A stretch of DNA of 64,000 bases from an uncultured delta proteobacterium (GTDB lineage: Bacteria > Myxococcota_A > UBA9160 > SMWR01): NCBI GenBank assembly GCA_963832165.1, contig CAWHTE010000011.1, positions 416,001 to 480,000 of the forward strand, given 5' to 3'. This document shows positions 39,371 to 49,013 of the stretch, in pieces (the first letter of the stretch is position 1; each line of letters opens with the position of its first letter). Both the position numbers and the translations under genes were made by a program. The notes beneath the pieces are model-generated. The model searched no databases and had not been told where the DNA came from. It saw only the letters and a list, made by a program, of their open reading frames with translations.

Positions 39371-40297
39371 ATGGAAACGCTCGTGATGCTGCTGTTCGGC
39401 GCGGTCGCACTGCTCGTCTCGGGCAGCGGGGTTCTGCTGTTCTCCATGGCGCGCGCGGGTGCGGTATCGCGCGATCGCTCGAGTCGCTTCGAGCGGATCG
39501 TGCGCGGCGAGCGACTGAGCGCAGTGCGCAGCCGGCGCAGCTTCCGCTCGACGCTGATCGAGTTCGGCGCGCGGCGCGTCGACTCGGCCGACCAGGAAGT
39601 CACCCAGCTGCTCGCTCGCGCGGGCTTCCGCGGCCACGAGGCGATCGCGCTGTTCTCCGCGATCCGCTTGCTGTGCCCGATCGGCGTCACCGCGCTGTCC
39701 GCGCTCCTGTGGGTGGTGTTCTTCGGCAAGGGCGTCGGGGTGGGAATCGCGCTGGTCTGCTACGCGTCGTTCACGGTCAGCTATCTGGCGCCGAAGACAC
39801 TCCTGCGCGCGCGCGCCGACGCGCGGACGCGGCGCTTGCACGACGACATCTCGGCATTCACGCATATCCTGCGCGTGCTCTACGAGTGCGGGCTCAGCAC
39901 GGAGCAGGCGCTGCACGTGTTCTCGAAGGAGCAGCGCGGCGTGCTTCCGGATGTGGCGATGGAGATCGGCGAGGTCACGCGGCGCGTCAGCGCGGGCTCC
40001 GACCTCGAAGAGGCGACGCGATCGGTCGCGGACGAGGCCGGCGACGCCGAGCTCTCGGATCTGTTCGCGATGATCCGCCAGATCGATCGCTACGGCGGCG
40101 CGGTACAGGAGCCGCTCATGAAATTCGCGCAGCTGCTCGAGGATCGCGAGCGCACGCGGCTCCAGGAAAAGATCGGCAAGCTGTCGGCGAAGCTCACGAT
40201 GGCGATGGTGTTCTTCCTCTTGCCCGCGCTGCTCACGTTCGTGGGCGGGCCCGGCTTCGTCGCCGTGGTCCGCGCCCTGAGTCAGATCAATGCGTAG
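39371..40297 (+). CDS. tadC: TadC inner-membrane platform protein
   Basis: LARAGFR, ECGLS.EQAL, QIDRYGG, EKIGKLSAKL..MV.F.LPAL...GPG. Confidence 0.88.
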   Translation: METLVMLLFGAVALLVSGSGVLLFSMARAGAVSRDRSSRFERIVRGERLSAVRSRRSFRSTLIEFGARRVDSADQEVTQLLARAGFRGHEAIALFSAIRLLCPIGVTALSALLWVVFFGKGVGVGIALVCYASFTVSYLAPKTLLRARADARTRRLHDDISAFTHILRVLYECGLSTEQALHVFSKEQRGVLPDVAMEIGEVTRRVSAGSDLEEATRSVADEAGDAELSDLFAMIRQIDRYGGAVQEPLMKFAQLLEDRERTRLQEKIGKLSAKLTMAMVFFLLPALLTFVGGPGFVAVVRALSQINA

Positions 40298-40988
40298 CCG
40301 ACGGTCGACGCGCTGGATGACGGTCTCCGGGCTGCTGCTCACGGCGATCCTCGCGGGCAGCTGCGCGAGCGATCGCGGGCCCGCGCCGGTCGCGACGGAG
40401 GTGCGCAAGGAGCTCACTGGGAAGGAAGGGCCGAAGCTGCACCTCGAGCTGATCGAGAAGATGCTCGAAGGGGGGCGCGCACATGCCGCGCTGGCCCACC
40501 TCGACTCGCTCGGACCCGACGCGGCGCGCCCCGAAGCGCAGCTCTTGCGCGCCGAGGCCCTGCGCCGGACCGGGCAGCTCGAGGCCGCCTGGAAGGTCTA
40601 CGAGCCGCTGCTGCACAGCGCCGTCGCGGCGCCGGCGTGGCGCGGGCTCGGGCTGATCAAGGCCGACCAGGGCGATCTCGTCACTTCGATCGCCTGGCTG
40701 CGCCGCGCGCGCGACCTCTCCCCGACCGCAGGACGGATCCGCAACGACCTCGGCTACGCGCTGCTCTTGAACGGCGAACTCGAGCAGGCGCGGATCGAGC
40801 TGGTCACGGCGCTCGAGCTCGAAGGCGGGGTGCGCGCTGCGCGCAACCTGGTGCTCGTGCTCTTGATCGAGGGACAACCCACGGCCGCGGACCGGGTCGC
40901 GCGGCGCCACGAAATCGACGCGGCGGCGGTGGACCGCCTGCGCCGGCGCGCGGATCGCATGCGCGCAGGCATGGAACAAGGAGGTTGA
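40290..40988 (+). CDS. tadD: TadD-like TPR lipoprotein
   Basis: Lipobox-like AGSC, TPR repeats (AWRGLGL, RNDLGYALL, AARNL), position in the tad cluster. Confidence 0.75.
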   Translation: MRSRRSTRWMTVSGLLLTAILAGSCASDRGPAPVATEVRKELTGKEGPKLHLELIEKMLEGGRAHAALAHLDSLGPDAARPEAQLLRAEALRRTGQLEAAWKVYEPLLHSAVAAPAWRGLGLIKADQGDLVTSIAWLRRARDLSPTAGRIRNDLGYALLLNGELEQARIELVTALELEGGVRAARNLVLVLLIEGQPTAADRVARRHEIDAAAVDRLRRRADRMRAGMEQGG

Positions 40989-40990
40989 TC

Positions 40991-41278
40991 ATGATGCGCA
41001 AGATCGGTTTGGTCGCGGTGGTGGTGGCGGGATTCCTGCCCGCGATCGCATGGGCCGACGAGTCGGACGCTGCGAGCGAGGAGACGCCCACGCACCACGA
41101 GTTCCCGCTCGGGACGCGAACGCGCGCACATCTCGAGCGCCAGCGAAACGGCGACGAGGCATCGGTGGCGCACGGCTTGACGCCGCCCGCCGAGCGCCGC
41201 GCGCGCAAGCGCTACCTGCAGAGCTTCGAACATCCGATTCCGGAGCTGTTCGAAATGGACGAGGGCGGGGAGAAGTAA
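40991..41278 (+). CDS. DUF3613-like small secreted Tad-associated protein
   Basis: Signal peptide, G..TRA.LE.QR.G..AS and RYLQSFEHPIPE motifs; GGAGG RBS. Confidence 0.7.
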   Translation: MMRKIGLVAVVVAGFLPAIAWADESDAASEETPTHHEFPLGTRTRAHLERQRNGDEASVAHGLTPPAERRARKRYLQSFEHPIPELFEMDEGGEK

Positions 41279-41279
41279 C

Positions 41280-43033
41280 GTGTCGCGCGTGATGGGTCGC
41301 CTGGACCCCCGCCGGCGACGCGAGCGCGGGGCCATCTCTTTCGCCGCACCGTCGGTGTTGATCCTCGGGATCTTCACCACGGCGCTTGCCGTCGACGTGG
41401 GGCGTCTGGCCTGGAACCGGCGCCAGCTCCAGGAGATCGCCGACATCGGCGCGATCGACGCGATGCGCGCGTTCGGCCAGTGCAGCGCGAACCCGACCGA
41501 TCCGGTCGCGGCCGCGCAGGCGAGCGCAGTGCGCAACGGCTACACGGGAAACCTCGCCTCGGCGCCCAACGCCGTGCAGATCGGCAGCGTCACCACGGGC
41601 GCGAGCGGCGTGCGCACGTTCACGGCAGGAGGGTCGATCGAGACGGCAACGGCCGTGCGCGTGCTCGCGACGCGCCAGGTTCCGTTCACGATGATCGCGA
41701 GCTCGTTCCTGCCGGGCTCGGCGCAGCTCTCCGCCGAGGCGGTGGCCGCGCGCGAGGCGTGGGGAGCCTTCTCCGCGGGCAGCTTCGCGGCGCGCGTCGA
41801 TACCAGCGACTCGCCGCTCTTGAACCCGCTGATCGGCGGCCTCTTGGGCGGACCCTTGTCGATCAGCGGCGTCTCCTACGAGGGCCTCGCGAACGCGTCG
41901 CTCACCGTCGGCGAACTCGTCGCTGCCGCGAACGTGGCGACCGTCGACGAGCTGCTCGCGCTGGAGATGACGGCGCCCGAGTACATGGAGCTTCTGGCCG
42001 AGGCGCTCGCGGACGGGGGCGATGCGAGCGCCGCCGCCACGCTGACCACGATCGCGAACTCGGCCAACGACGCGCTCACGGTTCCGCTCGGCGAGGTGCT
42101 CGACATCGCCTCGGGCGCCACCAACTGCCGCGTTCGACGCGCAGCTGAACGCGTTCGACATGCTCGCCGTCGGCGCGCAGGTGGCGAACGGCGACGTCGG
42201 TATCTTGATCAATAATCTGGGCATCTCGGTGCCGGGGGTCGCAGGAATCTCGGCGAAGCTCAAGATCATCGAGCCGCCCCAGATCGCGATCGGTCCGCCC
42301 GGCCGCGATTCCGACGGCGAGTGGAACACGGCCGTGCACACGTCCCAGGTTCGCCTGGAGCTCAACGTCCGCCTCCTGGGCGTGCTCGGGATTCTCGGCA
42401 GCAGGCCGGTAGCCGTCGACATTTTCGCCGAGGCCGCGCAGACCGATGCGCATCTCGACGCGATCGATTGCGCCGACGCCGACGACCCGGTCCACCGTGC
42501 CATCGTGGGCGCCGAGCCGGGCCTCGTGCGCCTGGGGCTCGGCCACTTCCCGAACTTCGACACCTCGACGGATCCGGTACCGACCGACATCGTGAACCTG
42601 ACGCTGCTCGGGCCTGGTGCCGGTCGCCAAGATCACCGGATTCGCGGACGTGCCGTTCCAGAGCTCGGGCGAGGAGATCGAGTTCGCCGGGCCGTTCGTG
42701 CCCGCGATCTCGGTTCCCTCCGACGACAATACGCAGACGGTGGGCACTCCGCTCGGAGACGGGATGGCGACCGCGCTGTCCGGCCTGCTGGGGAACACGC
42801 AGCTCAAGGTCGTCGTGCTGGGCGGACTGCCGCTCTCGCTCGGGCAGAAGAACTCCGCACTCGCGGGCGTGGCGAATCTGCTCACGCCCGTACTCAACGT
42901 GATCGATGGGCCGCTCACGCAGCTGTTCGAGGCGCTCGGCCTCCACCTCGGTGGAGCCGACATCACGATTCTCTCGGTCTACACTCCCGGCGCCGACGAT
43001 CCTCCCGTCGAGCAGCCCTCGCTCGCGAGGTAG
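41280..43033 (+). CDS. tadG: TadG-like pilus tip/anchor protein; two frameshifts (about 42125 and 42610)
   Basis: RERGAIS, LAVDVGRL...RRQLQ.IAD..A, LLNPLIGGLLG, IIEPPQIAIGP, C-terminal L.PVL...D..L..L...LGL.LGGADI. Confidence 0.78.
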
Positions 43034-43065
43034 CCAGGGCTCCGCGACCCGCTACGTTTCGCCGC

Positions 43066-43629
43066 GTGGCGGTCATTCTCGGCCTCGCGGGCAGCCTGCG
43101 CAGCGGGTCGTACAACGCGGTGCTCCTGCGCGTGCTGCGCGACCTCGCACCGGAGTCGGTGCGCATCGAAGAAGCGTCGATTCGCGGCATTCCGCTCTAC
43201 GACGGCGACGTCGAGGACGCGACCGGACTGCCCGAGACCGTGCGCGCGCTCAAGGAGCGGGTCGCGAGCGCGGATGGACTCCTGCTCGTGACACCCGAGT
43301 ACAACAACTCGATTCCGGGTCCGTTCAAGAACGCGATCGACTGGCTCTCGCGCCCACCCTCGGACATTCCGCGCGTGTTCGGCGACCGCCCGGTCGCGCT
43401 GTGCGGCGCGACGGTCGGCTTCGGCGGGACGAACATCAGCCAGCTCGCGTGGCTGCCCGTGCTGCGCGTGCTCGGCGTTCGACTGTGGACGGCGCGCAAG
43501 CTCGCGGTGCTGACCGCGCACAAGGCGTTCGACGAGTCGGGCGCGCTGATCGACGAGAAGCTGCGCGAGCAGGCACGCGCGTTCATCGCGGGGTTCGCGG
43601 AGTTCGTCCTGGGCTCGCAAGCGCGATGA
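43066..43629 (+). CDS. NADPH-dependent FMN reductase
   Basis: GSLRSGSYN, IPLYDGD, VTPEYNNSIPG.FKNAIDWLSR. Confidence 0.9.
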   Translation: MAVILGLAGSLRSGSYNAVLLRVLRDLAPESVRIEEASIRGIPLYDGDVEDATGLPETVRALKERVASADGLLLVTPEYNNSIPGPFKNAIDWLSRPPSDIPRVFGDRPVALCGATVGFGGTNISQLAWLPVLRVLGVRLWTARKLAVLTAHKAFDESGALIDEKLREQARAFIAGFAEFVLGSQAR

Positions 43630-44605
43630 AGGCGATCCTGTTCGACAAGCCCGGCGACGAATCGGTGCTCTACCTCGGCGAGACCGCCGATCCCGCGCTG
43701 GGCGCGGGTGAGGTGCGGCTGCGCGTGCGCGCGTGCGCAGCGAATCGCGCCGATCTCCTGCAGCGCCAGGGGCTGTACCCGCCGCCGCCGGGTGCATCGC
43801 CGATCCTCGGGCTCGAGTGCGCGGGAGAGGTGATCGAGCTCGGCGCGGGCGTGCGCGAATGGAAGGTCGGTGACCGCGCGATGGCGCTGCTCGCGGGCGG
43901 CGGCTACGCCGAGCAGGTCGTGGTGCACGCGGGGTCGCTGCTTCCGGTGCCCGCGCACTTCTCGTGGGAGCAGGCCGCGTGTCTGCCCGAGGTCTACCTC
44001 ACGGTATTCCTGACCGTGTTCCAGCTCGGCGCGCTGCCCGCCGGGCAGGCGCCGTGCTCGTGCACGGCGGCGGCAGCGGGATCGGCACCGCGTGCACTCA
44101 GCTCGCGAAGCTCGCGGGAGCGATCGTCGTGGCGACTGCGGGCTCGGACGAGAAGTGCAAGCGCTGCCTCGAGCTCGGCGCAGACGTCGCGGTGAACTAC
44201 CGCGAGGGCGACTTCGTGGCCGGGGCGAAGCAGGCAACGGGCGGCCGCGGGGTGGACGTGGTGCTCGACTCGATCGGCGCGCCCTACCTCGAGCGCAACC
44301 TCGAGGCGCTCGCGATCGGCGGCCGGCTCGTGCTGATCGGGCTCATGGGCGGTGCCAGGAGCGAGCTGAACCTCGCGGCGCTGCTCGCGCGCCGGCTCTC
44401 CGTGATCGGCTCCACGCTGCGCGCGCGGCCCGTCGAGGAGAAGGCGGAGCTGGTCTCGGCGTTCCGGGCCCGCTTCGGCGACGCGCTCGCGCGAGGCGCG
44501 ATCACGCCCGTGGTCGATCGCGTGCTGCCGCTCGCGGAAGCGGGCGAGGCGCACCGCGCGATGAAGGCCTCCGAGCACTTCGGCAAGATCGCGCTCCGGG
44601 TGTAG
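43626..44605 (+). CDS. NAD(P)H-quinone oxidoreductase (PIG3/MDR family); frameshift near 44045
   Basis: [57 protein letters not shown]. Confidence 0.9.
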
Positions 44606-44733
44606 GCGGGGATCGGCAAGGAGGCCGACGAAAGTCGGCCGACGCGCAGCGAGGCGAAGCCGAGCGAAGCGTGGGCCCCCGCGAAGGAGGGCCGCTAATC
44701 TCCGGCGCCTTCGCCCGCGAGGAGAAGCCGACC

Positions 44734-45174
44734 ATGGCCACCGAACGCACCCTCTCGATCATCAAGCCCGACGCGACCGCCGTGCCCGGCGCCACCGGCG
44801 AGATCCTGCGCCGCTTCGAACAGGCGGGGCTCACGATCGTGGCGCTCAAGAAGATCCGCCTGTCCGAATCGCTCGCGCGCGGGTTCTACGCGGTGCACAA
44901 GGAGCGGCCGTTCTACGGCGACCTCGTGAAGTTCATGACTTCGGGGCCGGTCGTGGTGAGCGTACTCGAGGGCGAGAACGCGATCCGCGCGCACCGCGAC
45001 CTGCTCGGGCCCACCAACTCGTCCGACGCGCCCAAGGGCACGATTCGGGGCGATTTCGGCACCGACATCGAGCGCAACGCCGCGCACGGCTCCGACGCCG
45101 CCGCGACCGCAAAGATCGAGATCTCGTACTTCTTCGGCGCGGCCGAGATCCTCGCGCCGGTCGAGGCGCTGTAG
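44734..45174 (+). CDS. ndk: Nucleoside diphosphate kinase
   Basis: [45 protein letters not shown]. Confidence 0.96.
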   Translation: MATERTLSIIKPDATAVPGATGEILRRFEQAGLTIVALKKIRLSESLARGFYAVHKERPFYGDLVKFMTSGPVVVSVLEGENAIRAHRDLLGPTNSSDAPKGTIRGDFGTDIERNAAHGSDAAATAKIEISYFFGAAEILAPVEAL

Positions 45175-45218
45175 CCAGCTCTCGCCGGGAGGCCGTTCTC
45201 ACTCCGCGCGACTTTTCG

Positions 45219-45234
45219 TGTGACGCTCGTCACC
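45219..45234. promoter_or_regulatory. CRP/FNR-family-like box TGTGA-N6-TCACC
   Basis: TGTGACGCTCGTCACC, 9/10 match to TGTGA-N6-TCACA, about 75 nt upstream of the small ORF. Confidence 0.45.
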
Positions 45235-45308
45235 CGGATCGATCTTCTCGCTCAAGACCCGCGCGTATTGCGCGAAACGGTGAGCTGGATCGAAAATCGG
45301 GGAGAACC

Positions 45309-45395
45309 GTGGAGCGCGCCCTCCGCAACCACAACGTCTGGCTGACGATCGCCTACGTGAGCTTGATCCTGCTCCTCGCGCAGACCTACGCCTGA
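45309..45395 (+). CDS. Unannotated 28-aa single-TM microprotein MERALRNHNVWLTIAYVSLILLLAQTYA
   Basis: GGGGAG RBS 4 nt before GTG; all 28 codons end in G or C; one hydrophobic helix; GC hairpin right after the stop. Confidence 0.65.
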   Translation: MERALRNHNVWLTIAYVSLILLLAQTYA

Positions 45396-45568
45396 TCCCC
45401 CGCCGCGGGCGGCGGAGGGGCTGCCCGCGCGGCGGAGAAGAGTCTGCAAAGCGCGCTGCAAGTTCGCGCGCGTCGCCCCGTCGTTGCGCCCGCGCGAAAG
45501 GCTGCGGCGTCGCCATCCTGGCCTGCGATTTGCACCTTCCCGTTCGACGGAACCCACCGGAGAACCGG

Positions 45569-46711
45569 ATGAAGCGCAAGATCCGCTACGCGGTGATCGG
45601 GCTGGGCCACATCGCGCAGGTCGCGGTGCTGCCGGCATTCCGGCATGCGAAGCGCAACAGCGAGCTCGTGGCGCTCGTGTCGAGCGATGCGGAGAAGCTC
45701 GAGGAGCTCGGGCAGCGCTACCGGGCGAAGCTGCGCTGCGACTACGAGGGCATCGACGAGCTGTACTCGAGCGGAGAGATCGACGCGGTCTACATCGCGC
45801 TGCCGAACTCGATGCACCGGGAGCACACGCTGCGTGCGGCGCGCGCCGGCCTGCACGTGCTCTGCGAGAAGCCGATGGCGGACTCTGTCGCGGAATGCGA
45901 GTCGATGATCGCGGCCGCGCGCGACGGCCGCGTCAAGCTGATGATCGCCTACCGCCTGCATTTCGAGCGCGCGACGCTCGAGGCACTCACGATTGCGCGC
46001 GCGTGGCGCTCGCGCCGCGGCGGCCGTTTCGCGCCGCGGCCCGGCCAGCTCGGCGACCTGCGCTTCTTCAGCTCCGAGTTCTCGATGCAGGTGTTCGACA
46101 ACAACACCCGCCTCGATCGCGACCTCGGCGGCGGGCCGCTCCAGGACATCGGGATCTACTGCATCAACGCGGCGCGCGCGGTGTTCGCGGAGGAGCCGAC
46201 CGAAGTGTGGGCCAGCGCGGTGACGCGAAGCGGTGGCCAGCGGTTTGCGGAGGTGCCCGCGACCGTCGCGGCGGTACTGCGCTTCCCGGGCGAGCGCGTC
46301 GCCTCGTTCACGTGCAGCTTCGACGCGGCCGACCGCTCCGTCTACACGATCGCGGGCACGAAGGGCAGCCTCACGATGGAGCCCGCCTACGCATACGCCG
46401 AGGGCCTGGCCTACCAGCTCCGGATCGGCGAGCGCAGCCGCAAGAAGAAGTTCTCGAAGAGCGACCAGTTTGCGCCCGAGCTGCTCCACTTCTCCGATTG
46501 CATCCTGCGCGACGCGGAGCCCGAGCCCTCCGGCGAGGAGGGACTCGCCGACGTGCGCGTGATCGAGGCACTCGAGCAGTCGATCGCGAGCGGCGACGCC
46601 GTGGCGCTGGACGAACCGCTGGATCGTCTGCGCCGTCCGGCGCTCGATCAAGAGGTGCGGCGACCTCCGGTCGAGAAGCCGCGGACCGTGAACGTGCGCG
46701 CGCCGCACTGA
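45569..46711 (+). CDS. Gfo/Idh/MocA family oxidoreductase
   Basis: YAVIGLGHIA, DAVYIALPN..H, HVLCEKPMA, GGGPLQDIGIYCIN. Confidence 0.9.
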   Translation: MKRKIRYAVIGLGHIAQVAVLPAFRHAKRNSELVALVSSDAEKLEELGQRYRAKLRCDYEGIDELYSSGEIDAVYIALPNSMHREHTLRAARAGLHVLCEKPMADSVAECESMIAAARDGRVKLMIAYRLHFERATLEALTIARAWRSRRGGRFAPRPGQLGDLRFFSSEFSMQVFDNNTRLDRDLGGGPLQDIGIYCINAARAVFAEEPTEVWASAVTRSGGQRFAEVPATVAAVLRFPGERVASFTCSFDAADRSVYTIAGTKGSLTMEPAYAYAEGLAYQLRIGERSRKKKFSKSDQFAPELLHFSDCILRDAEPEPSGEEGLADVRVIEALEQSIASGDAVALDEPLDRLRRPALDQEVRRPPVEKPRTVNVRAPH

Positions 46712-46726
46712 GCTCGCGCGCATCGC

Positions 46727-48226
46727 TCAGAGCCCGAGCGGGCGCAATCTCGGGGCTACGATCGAGAAGCGATCGACCACGTTCACGCCGTTCTTCGCGA
46801 GCGCTGATGGCGCTCATGCGCGCGGGCTGGAATGCGGTTGCCGGTGCGACATCCACCACGAGGACGCTGTGGTCGCCGAGGTAGCGCACGGCCGACCACG
46901 CCGCCGTCTCGGGCACGCGGATTCCGCCCTCGCACGTGACGTACGAGAGGGGGTGGAGCGTGCTCGGGTAAGGGGACTGACCGCCCGCGCCCGCCGTGAC
47001 GTAGGTGGTGCCCAGCACGCGAGGCGTCGATCTCGCTGCCGATCGGCGCGGCGGCCGTGACTGCTCCGTTGCGCACGGGGTGGGTGCGCTCGTAGCTGTG
47101 GTTGTGGCCGTTGATCACGAGGTCCACCCGATAGCGGTCGAACAGGCGCCCCACGCGACGCGAACGCCGCCGTCCGAGCCGTGCACGGTGTTGCTGCAGT
47201 ACATGCAGTGGTGGAAGCCGACGATGATGAAGTCGATCGCGGGATCGCTGCGCAGAGCGGAGAGCGTCGCATCGAGCCAGGCGCGCTGTCGCCCCGCCGG
47301 TGTAGCCCCGATTGCGATCGATCTCGTAGGAGACGTCGTTCGCGTCGAGCGCCACGAACGCGACGTTGCTCCAGCGGGTCACGTAGTAGGTGGCGGGCTG
47401 GGGAGCCGGGCAGATCTGCGATCCGCTGCCCGGAAGAACGATCCGGGCATGGAATCCGTCGTAGCCGAGCTGGCCCTGGCCGACCTCCATCTCGTGATTC
47501 CCGACCGTCGGGATCCACGGCACGCTCGCCGCGCTGGGCTCGATCTGCGCGAAGCCACGCGTCCCAGAGCGAGAGGTCCTGCAACGGCGTGCCGGAATAA
47601 TCGACCAGAGGGAGTGCGCCGCCGAGCCGATCGGCATAACACAGATCACCGACCATGAACACGCAATCCGGCTGTGCTTCCACGATACGGCTCGTGATCG
47701 CGGCCGCGTCGGCGTTGACGCCCATGTCTCCCATCGCACAGAACCGGAACGGGGTCTTGCCCGACGGCGCGGTGGTGAACGTTCCAGGTGCCGCCGGGAT
47801 CGTCGCCGTGGAATGCGCGATAGGAGTAGGTGGTGCCCGGCGCGAGGCCCGAGACCGGGCACGTGATGGTAGAGCGGTCCCGACGCCGTCGACGGCGCAG
47901 GTGTCTCCCGTGAACATGTTGCCCAGATATTGGTTGGGACCGATCTCGAGCCGGGGCGCGTCCACGATGCCGCTCGTGGACCACGAGACGGTGATCTCCT
48001 TGCGGGCGTCGCTCCCGAGGTTCACGTGCAGTCCCGCGGGCGTCGGGTCTGCGGCGCGCGCGGGACGCACCCAGATGAGCGGACCCGCCGCCGCTGCGGC
48101 GCCTGCGCCGACCATCCCCTTGAGGAACTGACGACGTGTGTGGCGCGCGCGCAGATAGTCGTGCGTCTCGGCCATCGACATGTCTCGCAAGAGGCGCAGC
48201 GGAATGTCACGGAGAGCGGTGCGCAA
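46727..48226 (-). CDS. Tat-exported purple acid phosphatase-like metallophosphoesterase (several frameshifts)
   Basis: TRRQFLK Tat motif, FN3-like N-domain, GDMG, GDLCYAD, GNHE, DLVINGHNHSYER, YVTAGAGG across frames. GGAGG RBS before TTG 48226. Confidence 0.82.
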
Positions 48227-48350
48227 GGGGGACCTCCGTTCCTATGCGTGGCCCGCACATCCTAGAGGGATGAGCGGTTCCCGGCCAATGATTGTTAGTC
48301 CAGCGAATCAACGAGCGAGCGATTGCGCGGATCGTCTAGCATCGGCGCGC

Positions 48351-49013
48351 ATGGAAGATCGGATCAGCGAGTTCCTGTACCTCGAGCTCTCGAGCCGCGC
48401 TACCTCCGCGTATGCGCGCGAACGCGTTCCGGAGGTGCTCGCGCTCGCGGGTGTCGAGCGCGCGACCTGGTGGCAGAACCAGAAGCCCGGGCGCACCGAG
48501 TTCGCGCGCACGATCGAGGAGTTCACGGGGCTCGGCATCTACGAGGTCGGCGACGGCTTCGAGGCGCCGCAGACTCCGCGCGACGTGCGCGGCCTCCACT
48601 TCCGCCACTACGGCCGCCCGGGTCAGGGCATCCTCACCGGCAAGCCGACGCTGGGGATCGAGCTCGTGCTCGTCTCGCCGCGTGATCCCGCGGGAGCACA
48701 GGCGTTGCGCGACTGGGCCGACTTCATCCACATCCGCTACATCGCCGCCGCGGCCGTCGAGGGCTTCACGATCATCACGCCCTATGAGAACGTCGCGGAC
48801 GGCTCGCCGCGCTTCATGCATCTGTACGAGATGGACACCGCGGACGCCGAGGAAGCGTTCCAGCGCATGACGCCGACCACGCGCGAGCGCCAGATCGGTC
48901 GCAACCGCGCGCTCTGGAAGGAATGGTCGGGCCACGAGCAGCTCGTGATCGACTACGTCAACACGTTCGCGAGACAGGGAGTCGCGCTACCCGGGATCGG
49001 GGGCCCGCGATGA
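48351..49013 (+). CDS. Hypothetical protein (possible dimeric alpha/beta-barrel, EthD-like)
   Basis: Protein-like ORF with two repeats ending in IYE/LYE motifs; no confident family. Confidence 0.6.
   Translation: MEDRISEFLYLELSSRATSAYARERVPEVLALAGVERATWWQNQKPGRTEFARTIEEFTGLGIYEVGDGFEAPQTPRDVRGLHFRHYGRPGQGILTGKPTLGIELVLVSPRDPAGAQALRDWADFIHIRYIAAAAVEGFTIITPYENVADGSPRFMHLYEMDTADAEEAFQRMTPTTRERQIGRNRALWKEWSGHEQLVIDYVNTFARQGVALPGIGGPR

Noticed and set aside
45995..46045. Arg-rich insertion (AWRSRRGGRFAPRP) with a repeated TCGCGCCGCGGC in the Gfo/Idh/MocA gene
   Set aside because: Short GC-rich repeat, compatible with chance or a local assembly error; no evidence for a mobile insertion.
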